DNA of 64,000 nt from Patescibacteria group bacterium (lineage in GTDB: Bacteria; Patescibacteriota; Minisyncoccia; Phycocordibacterales; JAGLPS01): positions 1,042 through 65,041 of the forward strand of contig JBBUCK010000041.1 in NCBI GenBank assembly GCA_038057845.1. The letters are read 5' to 3'. Shown piece by piece: positions 47,566 to 55,795 of this stretch. The notes beneath the pieces were generated by a model. That model ran no database searches, had not been told where the DNA came from, and saw only the letters and a list, made by a program, of their open reading frames with translations. How positions within the stretch are numbered: the first letter of the stretch is position 1; every line of letters starts with the position of its first letter. Made by a program: the position numbers and the translations under genes.

Positions 47566-47646
47566 AAAATAAAAATGGCAAAGAAAAGAAAAGTTGCTAA
47601 AAAGCGAAAGCCAGCAGCAAAGAGAAAGAAAGCAACTAAGAAGAAG
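47566..47646 (+). CDS. 26-aa highly basic micro-protein MAKKRKVAKKRKPAAKRKKATKKKRR (below ORF-track size cutoff)
   Basis: clean ATG..TAG ORF followed 25 nt later by a perfect intrinsic terminator; in an otherwise 525-nt non-coding gap. Confidence 0.35.
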
Positions 47647-47670
47647 CGAAGATAGTTTTCTCTCCTTGGT

Positions 47671-47703
47671 CTAACGCTTAAACAATCCGCCTTCTCGGCG
47701 GAT
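47671..47703 (+). terminator. rho-independent terminator (12-bp perfect stem AAACAATCCGCC/GGCGGATTGTTT, loop TTCTC, T-tract)
   Basis: seen directly. Confidence 0.7.
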
Positions 47704-47736
47704 TGTTTTTTGCTGTTCCTTTTTCTTTTCTTCCAG

Positions 47737-47863
47737 TTAGAGTGAAAATTTGCTTTTCAAAAATCTTGCGGAACCTGATGAAGGCGACCTGCCCGACTTG
47801 CTTCGCAACTCGAAGCGGGCGGGGCAGAGAATCAGCCTGAGGCTGATATCGTGTTTTTGAAAA
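47737..47863. ncRNA. GC-rich hairpin-rich element closed by ~19-bp terminal inverted repeats (AAAATTTGCTTTTCAAAAA / TTTTTGAAAAGCAAAgTTT), 40 nt upstream of secA
   Basis: internal hairpins GCTTCG-caact-CGAAGC, CAGCC-tga-GGCTG, CTGCCCG...CGGGGCAG. Confidence 0.35.
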
Positions 47864-47902
47864 GCAAAGTTTGAGTGGTTAATTAGTCTTAGGGTTTTTT
47901 TT

Positions 47903-50431
47903 GTGGTACAGTTGTCTATCATGTTTTCTTTTCAGAGCCTTTTTGGCACAAAAGAAGCTCGTGAGCTTAAAGCCCTATATCCCATTGTTGCAAAGGTCAA
48001 CGGTCTTGAACCACAAATGGCAGCTTTTTCTGATGATGGTTTAAAAGCTAAAACCCAAGAATTTAAAAATCGTTTAAACCAAGGCGAAATACTCGACAGT
48101 ATTTTGCCAGAAGCATTTGCTGTAGTCCGCGAGGCTTCTAAACGCACACTTGGCGAACGTCACTTTGATGTCCAACTTCTTGGAGGAATGGTTCTTCATC
48201 AAGGAGGTATTGCTGAAATGAAAACGGGAGAAGGGAAGACTCTTGTGGCAACGTTGCCTACGTATCTTAATGCTTTAACAGGGAAAGGAGTTCATGTTGT
48301 TACTGTTAACGATTATCTTTCTCGTCGTGACGCAGTATGGATGGGACAAATTTACTCTTCCCTGGGGCTTTCTGTTGGAGTAATTAATCACGAAACATCT
48401 TATCTCTACGACAAAACTCATACAGAAAAAGATAAGGAGCGTGACCAAGTTGGGTCATTTAAGGTTGTGTATGATTTTTTGAGAGAATGCAATCGTCAGG
48501 AAGCGTATGCTGCGGATATTACGTATGGAACAAATAATGAATTCGGCTTTGATTATCTTCGCGACAATCTTGAAGTTGACGCAAAACGTTTGCGACAAAG
48601 GGAATATCGCTATGCGATAGTTGACGAAATAGACTCTATTCTGATTGATGAAGCGCGTACTCCTTTGATTATCTCTGCGCCAACCGTTGATTCAGAGAAT
48701 TTGTATCATACGTTCGCAAAAATTGGCCGTGAACTGAAAGAAGGAGAAGATTATGAGGTTGACGAAAAACTTAAGGCGATTACATTAACTGATGCTGGTA
48801 TTTCACATGCAGAAAAGATACTTGGCATAGAAAACATTTATACAGAAAAAGGGGTCAAATATGTTCATCACCTCGAGCTTTCTGTGAGAGCAAAAGCACT
48901 TTTTCATAATAATAAAGAATATGTCATTCGAGATGGAGAGGTTGTCATTGTTGATGAATTTACTGGGCGCTTACAGCCTGGAAGACGTTGGTCTGAAGGC
49001 TTGCATCAAGCGATTGAGGCCAAAGAGGGTGTAGAAATACAGAAAGAATCACGTACCTTTGCTTCTATTACCTTTCAAAATTATTTCCGAATGTACAAAA
49101 AACTTTCGGGAATGACTGGTACCGCGCTCACGTCAGCTGAAGAGTTTTATAAAGTTTATGGTCTACCTGTAGTGTCCATTCCGACAAATAAACCTATCGC
49201 TCGAAAAGACCACGATGATTTTATTTTCCAAACTGAAAAGGGAAAGTTTAAGGCGGTAGCGCGTAAAATAAAAGAACTCAACGCTAAAAATCAACCGGTT
49301 CTTATTGGCACAGTTTCAATTGAAAAAAATGAATTACTTTCTGAATATCTGAAACGTGAAGGCGTTTCTCATGAGGTTCTTAATGCCAAAAATAATGAAC
49401 GTGAAGGTGAAATCATTGCCCAAGCGGGCCGCAGGGGCGCGGTAACAATTGCCACGAACATGGCTGGTCGTGGCGTTGACATCAAGCTTGGAGGAAATCC
49501 GGCAACGGAAGAAGAGCGCGCCGAAGTAAGAACCGTCGGTGGACTTTTTGTCATTGGCACTGAACGACATGAAGCTCGTCGTATCGATAACCAGCTTCGC
49601 GGGCGGTCCGGACGACAGGGAGATTCCGGCGAAACGCAGTTTTTTGTTTCTTTAGAAGACTCGCTTATGCGTGTTTTTGCTTCTGACAACATCAAACAAA
49701 TGATGGGGAAATTTGGTATTCCGGAAGATGAGCCAATCCAAAACGGGCTTATTACCCGTTCGCTTGAAGCCGCGCAGAGAAAAATCGAAGGGTTTAATTT
49801 TGATGCCCGAAAGCACATTCTTGAATTTGATGACGTGTTGAATTATCAACGCACTATCATTTACGGTCGCCGTCGGGGAATTCTCGCAGGGGGTGTTTCG
49901 TCAATCGATGACTATCTGCAATCACTCAATGTTGTTGCCACTGACGAACAAAAGGCGGTTATTGAAGAGAAAAGAAAAGAGCTTTCCGATGAACACTTTA
50001 CCTACATGCTTCGCGCGCTTATCTTGCAAGCCATTGATACATTCTGGGTTGACCACCTTGAAATGATGGATTATCTGCGTGGAAGCGTTAATCTTCGCGC
50101 GTACGGCCAAAGAGATCCTTTGGTTGAGTACAAAAGGGAAGGTCTTCAACTTTTTAAGCAGATGGAAGCTTCAGTGAAAGAGCAAGTGCTTCATTTACTT
50201 CCTAATCTTAAAAAAGAAGCAATGACTAATGCTTTACCACAGGAAATGGAGCAAGTTTCTCGTCAGGCCAATTTAATTCTTGGTTCTGAAAGCACAAAGG
50301 CTGTTCCTGCACAGTTCAAAGACACAGGAAGAAATGACCCATGTCCGTGCGGAGCGATTAATCCAGAAACTGGTCAAGTGTATAAATATAAGAAATGTGG
50401 CCTAATCAATGCCCCACATCACAGGAAGTAA
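47903..50431 (+). CDS. secA: preprotein translocase ATPase SecA (with C-terminal Zn-finger CPCG...KCG)
   Basis: MAGRGVDIKLGG, DEIDSILIDEARTPLIIS, full-length collinear SecA. Confidence 0.95.
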   Translation: MVQLSIMFSFQSLFGTKEARELKALYPIVAKVNGLEPQMAAFSDDGLKAKTQEFKNRLNQGEILDSILPEAFAVVREASKRTLGERHFDVQLLGGMVLHQGGIAEMKTGEGKTLVATLPTYLNALTGKGVHVVTVNDYLSRRDAVWMGQIYSSLGLSVGVINHETSYLYDKTHTEKDKERDQVGSFKVVYDFLRECNRQEAYAADITYGTNNEFGFDYLRDNLEVDAKRLRQREYRYAIVDEIDSILIDEARTPLIISAPTVDSENLYHTFAKIGRELKEGEDYEVDEKLKAITLTDAGISHAEKILGIENIYTEKGVKYVHHLELSVRAKALFHNNKEYVIRDGEVVIVDEFTGRLQPGRRWSEGLHQAIEAKEGVEIQKESRTFASITFQNYFRMYKKLSGMTGTALTSAEEFYKVYGLPVVSIPTNKPIARKDHDDFIFQTEKGKFKAVARKIKELNAKNQPVLIGTVSIEKNELLSEYLKREGVSHEVLNAKNNEREGEIIAQAGRRGAVTIATNMAGRGVDIKLGGNPATEEERAEVRTVGGLFVIGTERHEARRIDNQLRGRSGRQGDSGETQFFVSLEDSLMRVFASDNIKQMMGKFGIPEDEPIQNGLITRSLEAAQRKIEGFNFDARKHILEFDDVLNYQRTIIYGRRRGILAGGVSSIDDYLQSLNVVATDEQKAVIEEKRKELSDEHFTYMLRALILQAIDTFWVDHLEMMDYLRGSVNLRAYGQRDPLVEYKREGLQLFKQMEASVKEQVLHLLPNLKKEAMTNALPQEMEQVSRQANLILGSESTKAVPAQFKDTGRNDPCPCGAINPETGQVYKYKKCGLINAPHHRK

Positions 50432-50514
50432 GAGCGACGTCCCGAGCAAAGTCGAGGGACGGAAGTGGAAAGAAGTATAAAAAATGCCATGGTGCATAAG
50501 ACACACACAATTTC

Positions 50515-50817
50515 GTGAAATACAATAAGTTAGTAAGAGACAATATTCCTGATAGTATCCGTAAAAAGGGAGAAAATGTAATTACTCATATTGCGGATGA
50601 AAAAGAGTATTGGCAGAAATTGAAAGAAAAATTAAAAGAAGAAGTTGGAGAGTTTGAGGAAAGTGAAAATATTGAGGAAATTGCCGATATTTTAGAAGTT
50701 CTTGATGCAGTTATAGACTACAAAGGTTTTAATAAAGACGAAATAGAAAAAATAAAAGCAAAGAAGGCAGAGGAGAAAGGAAAATTCAGGAACAGAATTA
50801 TATTGGACGAGTCTTAG
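50515..50817 (+). CDS. MazG-like nucleoside triphosphate pyrophosphohydrolase (small all-alpha NTP-PPase)
   Basis: KLVRDNIPD...EEVGEFEE...EEIADILEVLDAV. Confidence 0.65.
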   Translation: MKYNKLVRDNIPDSIRKKGENVITHIADEKEYWQKLKEKLKEEVGEFEESENIEEIADILEVLDAVIDYKGFNKDEIEKIKAKKAEEKGKFRNRIILDES

Positions 50818-50888
50818 TGTAAATATGAAGATGTGACAGGAGTTAAAGTATATTGACAATCTAACATAAATATGCTTGTATATTGTAG

Positions 50889-50915
50889 GTAATGAAAAGC
50901 AACATAAGGTTGCTT
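50889..50915 (+). terminator. intrinsic terminator AGCAAC-ataag-GTTGCT + T7
   Basis: seen directly. Confidence 0.55.
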
Positions 50916-50956
50916 TTTTTGTTCCTTAACAACTTTTTATTTCAAAAAGGAGGGTA

Positions 50957-52795
50957 GTGCATATGTTTTTGATTCTGCTCGTAATCGCAAGTGTTATCGG
51001 CGGGATAGTGGGTGCCCAATTCCTTCCCAAAAGCCTTAACTGGCTTCGTCCATATGTACGTGGAAGTGGTTTTGCGCTCGCATTAGTATGCGCATTTTCC
51101 ACATCTTTTGTCTACGTTGGGCAGGATGAAGCGGGGCATCGCCACAAGATTTACTTTGGTCAAAGTCTCAAAGACGGCAAAATTATTGCCTATAGTGGTG
51201 AGAATGGTCCTCAAGCGGATATTCTTTCTCCGGGATTTTATTTCGAAACCCTTCTTAATGTCATTTATGATGTTAAGAAGGAAAAAGTTGTAACGGTTCC
51301 GGAAAACCATTATGGATATGTTGTTGCTCGTGACGGAATTCCGTTACGCTCTGATCAAACGTATGCTGATGCGTTTGACCCAAATGATGCAGCCAAGATG
51401 ATGAATGACGCGCAATACTTTCTTACCCATGGAGGTCAGAAAGGTCCGCAGACTTCAGTTCTTACTCCCGGTACGCATCGTCTCAACAAGTTTCTTTGGG
51501 ATGTTGTCTCAAAGCCAGCAACAGCAATTCCAACTGGGTTTGTTGGTGTAATCAAATCGAATGTTCACTCACGAGTGGACTTCGGTAATCTTAAAACCGA
51601 CAAGCCTGAAGATTGTACCCCAACGCACAAGCAAACTATTGGAGGAGGAGAACTTGAAGTTCCCCTTGTTCCTGTAGGATGTATTGGTGTTTGGGATAAA
51701 GCACTCAATCCAGGCAATTACTATATTAACCGGGAGGCTTATGATGTTATTCCGGTTGATACTCGTGTTCAAACATGGGAGTACAAGGGGGGATACACCA
51801 AACGCAGTATTGATTTGAGCGTTAGCCAAAAAGGCGAAATTACGCAAACAGAAAAATCAATTGAGGTGTCAGAACCCGACTATGCCGCAGATCGAGCGAT
51901 TTTGGTAAAAGTTGAAGGATGGGATGTTCCGCAGGAATTACGTGTTCTTGTTCAAGTCACTCCTTCATACGCGCCGTTCGTTGTCGCTTCTGTAGGCGGA
52001 TTGCAGGAAGTAGAAGACCGCATTCTCACTCCCGCAATACGTTCAATTGTTCGTAATGTTGCTGGCGAAACAATTAATATCAAGGTTCCTGTGTCTGACG
52101 CTGATGGAAATGTTGTCCTTGACGAAAAAACAGGACAGCAAAAATTCTCTATCAAGAATCGGACCACGCGGGTACTTGATTTAATTGAAAATCGTTCAGC
52201 ACTCGAAGACGAAGTTGAGAAAATGATTCGTCCGGAAGGCCTCAAAGCTGGTGTCGAAATAAAAGAAGTTCGCTTCGGTGATCCTGTTATTCCACCCGAA
52301 CTTCTTGTTGCTCGCCAACGCGAACAACTTGCACAACAGCTTAAGAAAGCCTACTTCGAGGAGCAAATCGCCCAAACTGAACGGACCAAAACCGAACAGG
52401 CAAAAGCGACCGCTGACCAGCAGGGTCGTCTTGTTGAAGCAGAAATTGACCTGAGACGGTCTGAACAATCTGCCCAAGCTCGCAAAAATGAAGGACTTGG
52501 GGAACGTGACAAGTTGAATCTGATTGCGGAAGGTCAGAAAACACAAGCTGAAGTTCTTGGAGCAGATAAGGTGCTAGAACTTCGAAAGTTCGAACTTGTT
52601 ACGGGTCAACTCTTTGCGTTTCTCGACAAACATCCCGAGGTGCTCACTGAAGGTATAAAGAATGCACATAAGTTTGTTTCCGAGACCAGTATCAGTCTTG
52701 GCCAAGACAGTTCAGGACTTTCCGGGCCTGCAGCAATTTTAGGACAATTGCTTGGAGGAAATATAAAAAGTTCGAGTGCTCCTAAAAAGGAATAA
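50957..52795 (+). CDS. SPFH/band-7 (flotillin-like) membrane protein with C-terminal coiled coil; preceded by strong SD aaggaggg
   Basis: N-terminal TM, SPFH core, Q/E/A-rich coiled-coil region ARQREQLAQQLKKAYFEEQIAQTERTKTEQAK. Confidence 0.65.
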   Translation: MHMFLILLVIASVIGGIVGAQFLPKSLNWLRPYVRGSGFALALVCAFSTSFVYVGQDEAGHRHKIYFGQSLKDGKIIAYSGENGPQADILSPGFYFETLLNVIYDVKKEKVVTVPENHYGYVVARDGIPLRSDQTYADAFDPNDAAKMMNDAQYFLTHGGQKGPQTSVLTPGTHRLNKFLWDVVSKPATAIPTGFVGVIKSNVHSRVDFGNLKTDKPEDCTPTHKQTIGGGELEVPLVPVGCIGVWDKALNPGNYYINREAYDVIPVDTRVQTWEYKGGYTKRSIDLSVSQKGEITQTEKSIEVSEPDYAADRAILVKVEGWDVPQELRVLVQVTPSYAPFVVASVGGLQEVEDRILTPAIRSIVRNVAGETINIKVPVSDADGNVVLDEKTGQQKFSIKNRTTRVLDLIENRSALEDEVEKMIRPEGLKAGVEIKEVRFGDPVIPPELLVARQREQLAQQLKKAYFEEQIAQTERTKTEQAKATADQQGRLVEAEIDLRRSEQSAQARKNEGLGERDKLNLIAEGQKTQAEVLGADKVLELRKFELVTGQLFAFLDKHPEVLTEGIKNAHKFVSETSISLGQDSSGLSGPAAILGQLLGGNIKSSSAPKKE

Positions 52796-52810
52796 AAAGT
52801 TAATTAGTAA

Positions 52811-52850
52811 GGGCGCGTATGATTTTTATACGCGCCCTTTTCTTTTTGAT
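52811..52850 (+). terminator. strong intrinsic terminator GGGCGCGTA-tgattttta-TACGCGCCC + TTTTCTTTTT
   Basis: seen directly. Confidence 0.75.
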
Positions 52851-52863
52851 ATGATAAGTAAAC

Positions 52864-53511
52864 ATGATTGCAAGCGTTATTACTTTTATGCAGACATATC
52901 TTCTTCCGCTTGGCGGGGGGGGAGTTTTTTTGGCTACGATTATTGAGGAAGTTATTGCGCCAATTCCTTCAGCTCTTGTTGTTTTAACGGCTGCATTTTT
53001 TCTTCCCATACATGGCGGATGGTCTCCCGAGTTTTTCTCCAGCCTATTTTTCATTGTTGTAATTCCTTCCGCCCTTGGCGTAGCAATTGGCTCTCTTGCG
53101 GTATATGGACTTGCGTATGTAAGTGGTAAACCTGCGATTGAAAAATGGGGAAAGTGGCTTGGGGTGAGCTGGCAGGATATTGAAAAAGCGCAAGAAAAGT
53201 TAAAAACTACAAAAAAAGATGAAATTACAATTCTCATTCTTCGCGCAATTCCACTCGTACCTTCAGTAGTTATTTCAGCTTTTTGCGGTGTTACTCGTAT
53301 GGCTCTATGGTCTTACCTCATCGTTTCCTTTATCGGTGCCGCTATTCGCGCTTTTATTCTTGGACTTATTGGGTCAAAAGTGGGGGAGCTTTATTTTCTA
53401 TATGCACAGTATTTCGAACGTTTTGAAAAAATAGTTCTTACGATTGTTGTTTTAGTGGTTGTAACTTTTGTACTTTTCCGAATTAAGAAACAAAAAAAGG
53501 TTTCCATCTAG
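52864..53511 (+). CDS. DedA/TVP38 (VTT-domain) membrane protein; contains G8-T7 homopolymer pair at 52915-52931
   Basis: ...RAIPLVPSVVISAFCGVTRM...AAIRAFILGLIGSKVG. Confidence 0.7.
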   Translation: MIASVITFMQTYLLPLGGGGVFLATIIEEVIAPIPSALVVLTAAFFLPIHGGWSPEFFSSLFFIVVIPSALGVAIGSLAVYGLAYVSGKPAIEKWGKWLGVSWQDIEKAQEKLKTTKKDEITILILRAIPLVPSVVISAFCGVTRMALWSYLIVSFIGAAIRAFILGLIGSKVGELYFLYAQYFERFEKIVLTIVVLVVVTFVLFRIKKQKKVSI

Positions 53512-53624
53512 CCTGCCCGCCAAACTTTATTACAGAAATGCAGGTAATAGAGAGTGAAGTATACTTTTAAGATAAACTTTCTTTAATTGCTTGTATCCAA
53601 TTCGACGATAAAGTTAGGCGGGTC
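53512..53624. repeat. inverted-repeat element CCTGCCCGCCAAACTTTAT...ATAAAGTTAGGCGGGTC enclosing ~75 nt; same terminus family as 5241-5350 and the 1491-1627 hairpins
   Basis: terminal ~17-bp imperfect IRs sharing the CCCGCC-(t/a)AA(g/c)TTT motif. Confidence 0.55.
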
Positions 53625-53783
53625 TTGTACTGTTGTTAAAAGCTCTATAATATAGGCGTATATGTATCCCGTTCCCGTCCGTAGTTACGTAATACGTTAA
53701 GTCATATGTATGAATACAAGTCGAGTAAATTTTTACAAGAATAAACACACGGGACAGGAAGAGCGCGTCCTGTCTCTAATGGA

Positions 53784-54158
53784 ATGAAAAAATACATTGT
53801 TCCCATTATCGTTATTCTTGTTGCTATTTCAGTTACGGTTGTTCTTATGGTAGCTCCGGAGAAAACAGGAAAACTTGACCAATTCGCAACATGTCTTAAA
53901 GAAAAGGGCGCACAATTTTACGGAGCGTTTTGGTGTCCTCACTGTCAAAATCAAAAGGCCCTTTTTGGACGTTCCGCAAAGAAACTTCCCTATATTGAGT
54001 GTTCAATGCCAGATACCAAAAGTCAGCTTCAGATTTGTAAAGACAAAGGCATTGCCACATATCCGACATGGGATTTCGCGAATGGCGAACGGATAACGGG
54101 TGTCATTAATCTCGAGTCTTTGTCGCAGAAAACAGGCTGTGAACTTCCTCAAGAATAA
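53784..54158 (+). CDS. thioredoxin-fold thiol-disulfide oxidoreductase (DsbA/BdbD-like), N-terminal TM anchor
   Basis: FWCPHCQNQ CxxC motif. Confidence 0.6.
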   Translation: MKKYIVPIIVILVAISVTVVLMVAPEKTGKLDQFATCLKEKGAQFYGAFWCPHCQNQKALFGRSAKKLPYIECSMPDTKSQLQICKDKGIATYPTWDFANGERITGVINLESLSQKTGCELPQE

Positions 54159-54703
54159 TGTTTACTTCTCCTTTTCTTAGCGTTCAAATTCTTTCTTCAC
54201 TCATTCTATTGGGCGATATTCTTTTTTTTGTTCTTCTCCTTTTGTTTTTCTTCGGTAAGGGTGAAATATATAAAAAAGTTTTCAGTTTTTTGGGGCATTA
54301 CGCTCTCCATGCGGGCACTTTGATTTCTTTCGGGGCTTTGGCGGGCTCTCTCTTGTTTTCAAATGCAATTGGTTTTGTCCCGTGCGAGCTTTGTTGGGTT
54401 CAGCGTATTTTCATTTATCCTCAAGCACTCCTTTTTGCCATCGCTCTGTATAAAAAAGATGAAGCGGTAGTTGATTACAGTTTAGCTCTTTCTTCTCTCG
54501 GTTTGATTGTTGCGCTCTATCATTCATACATTCAGTGGGGAGGGGGCTCTCTTATTCCATGCACAGCCGAAGGTGCCGAATGCTCAAAAATTTTCTTTAT
54601 GGAATTTGGATATATTACTATTCCCGTAATGTCCTTAACGGCATTTGCCTACCTACTTCTTCTTATGTTTATTCGTAAGCGTTTTTCTGCGGGAAAGATC
54701 TGA
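54158..54703 (+). CDS. disulfide bond formation protein B-like (DsbB/BdbC family)
   Basis: 4 TM, PCELCWVQRIFIY and second Cys pair CTAEGAEC. Confidence 0.6.
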   Translation: MFTSPFLSVQILSSLILLGDILFFVLLLLFFFGKGEIYKKVFSFLGHYALHAGTLISFGALAGSLLFSNAIGFVPCELCWVQRIFIYPQALLFAIALYKKDEAVVDYSLALSSLGLIVALYHSYIQWGGGSLIPCTAEGAECSKIFFMEFGYITIPVMSLTAFAYLLLLMFIRKRFSAGKI

Positions 54704-54731
54704 TTTCTTGTGATATTATTTAGAGATTCTT

Positions 54732-55787
54732 ATGCCGACCGAAAATAATATCCATCGGCTTCAGTTATATTTTTTCTTTAGCCTTATTTTAGGAGCATCT
54801 CTCCTAACGTTTTTTATTTTTAAACCATATTTGCCAATTCTATTTCTCGCCCTTGTTTTTGCGGTTGTGTTTGAACCAATCCATAAATATATCGTTCGTC
54901 TAACAGGTAAAAGAGAGGGAATTGCTGCGTTTATTTCTGTCGTTCTTATTTTTCTTCTCATTCTTATTCCTCTTATTTTCTTTGGTATTCTTCTTTTCCA
55001 GGAGGCGAGCAATGTCTATGTAGAACTTGAAACAAGTACGGGTGTAAGTACTCTTGATGTCGCGCTCAACAAAGTGGAGGTGTTTGTCGAAGACCTTATT
55101 CCAAATTTATCGTGGAATGTTAAAGAACACATAGATTTTCGTAATTATGCAGAACAGGGACTATTGTGGGTGTTGGATAATTTTGGCCCATTCTTTTCCG
55201 GAGTGCTCCGTGGTCTCATCGGACTTTTTTTTCTAATGATTGCTCTTTTCTATTTTTTGAAGGATGGAAGATGGTTTCTTGATAGTCTCATATCCATAAG
55301 TCCACTGCCGAACGGTAGTGACAGAGAGATTCTGCAAAAGTTAAAACGGGCAGTGCGTTCGGTTGTGAACGGTTACCTTCTTATTGCTGTACTCCAAGGA
55401 CTTCTTACTGGTATTGGCTTTGCAATATTTTCTGTACCAAATCCTGTGTTGTGGTCTTTCGTTACCATGATCGTGTCTTTTCTTCCTCTTATTGGTATTA
55501 GCCTTGTTTTTGCGCCTGCAATTGTTATTCTTCTCCTTGCGGGGAATATTTTCGCAGCATTCGGCCTTTTTCTTTGGTCTGTATGTATTGTTGGTATTGT
55601 TGATAATATTCTTGGCCCAATATTTATTGAGCGGGGTGTTAATATTCATCCTTTCCTTATTCTTGTTTCAATCGTTGGTGGACTTGAAGTCTTTGGTCCG
55701 GTCGGATTTATCGCTGGACCAGTAGTATTGAGCCTATTGTTCGCATTACTTGAAATGCATGTTTTAATGTTTAAAAAGAGAATATAA
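54732..55787 (+). CDS. AI-2E family transporter (PerM/YhhT, UPF0118)
   Basis: 8 TM topology, FFLMIALFYFLKDG. Confidence 0.7.
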   Translation: MPTENNIHRLQLYFFFSLILGASLLTFFIFKPYLPILFLALVFAVVFEPIHKYIVRLTGKREGIAAFISVVLIFLLILIPLIFFGILLFQEASNVYVELETSTGVSTLDVALNKVEVFVEDLIPNLSWNVKEHIDFRNYAEQGLLWVLDNFGPFFSGVLRGLIGLFFLMIALFYFLKDGRWFLDSLISISPLPNGSDREILQKLKRAVRSVVNGYLLIAVLQGLLTGIGFAIFSVPNPVLWSFVTMIVSFLPLIGISLVFAPAIVILLLAGNIFAAFGLFLWSVCIVGIVDNILGPIFIERGVNIHPFLILVSIVGGLEVFGPVGFIAGPVVLSLLFALLEMHVLMFKKRI

Positions 55788-55795
55788 CAATTGTT

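Noticed and set aside
47766-47772. Hammerhead ribozyme core CUGAUGA upstream of secA
   Set aside because: No correctly placed GAAA box or stem I/III pairing and cleavage-site UH; a 7-mer match is expected by chance several times in 64 kb.
47737-47863. SRP RNA (4.5S) or RNase P RNA upstream of secA
   Set aside because: Could not find the conserved SRP domain-IV motif (GGAA tetraloop with AGCAGC bulge strand) or RNase P P4 GAAAGUCC sequence.
50432-50470. Hairpin CGTCCCGAGcaaagtCGAGGGACG after secA as terminator
   Set aside because: GC stem is plausible but no U-tract follows; left uncalled.
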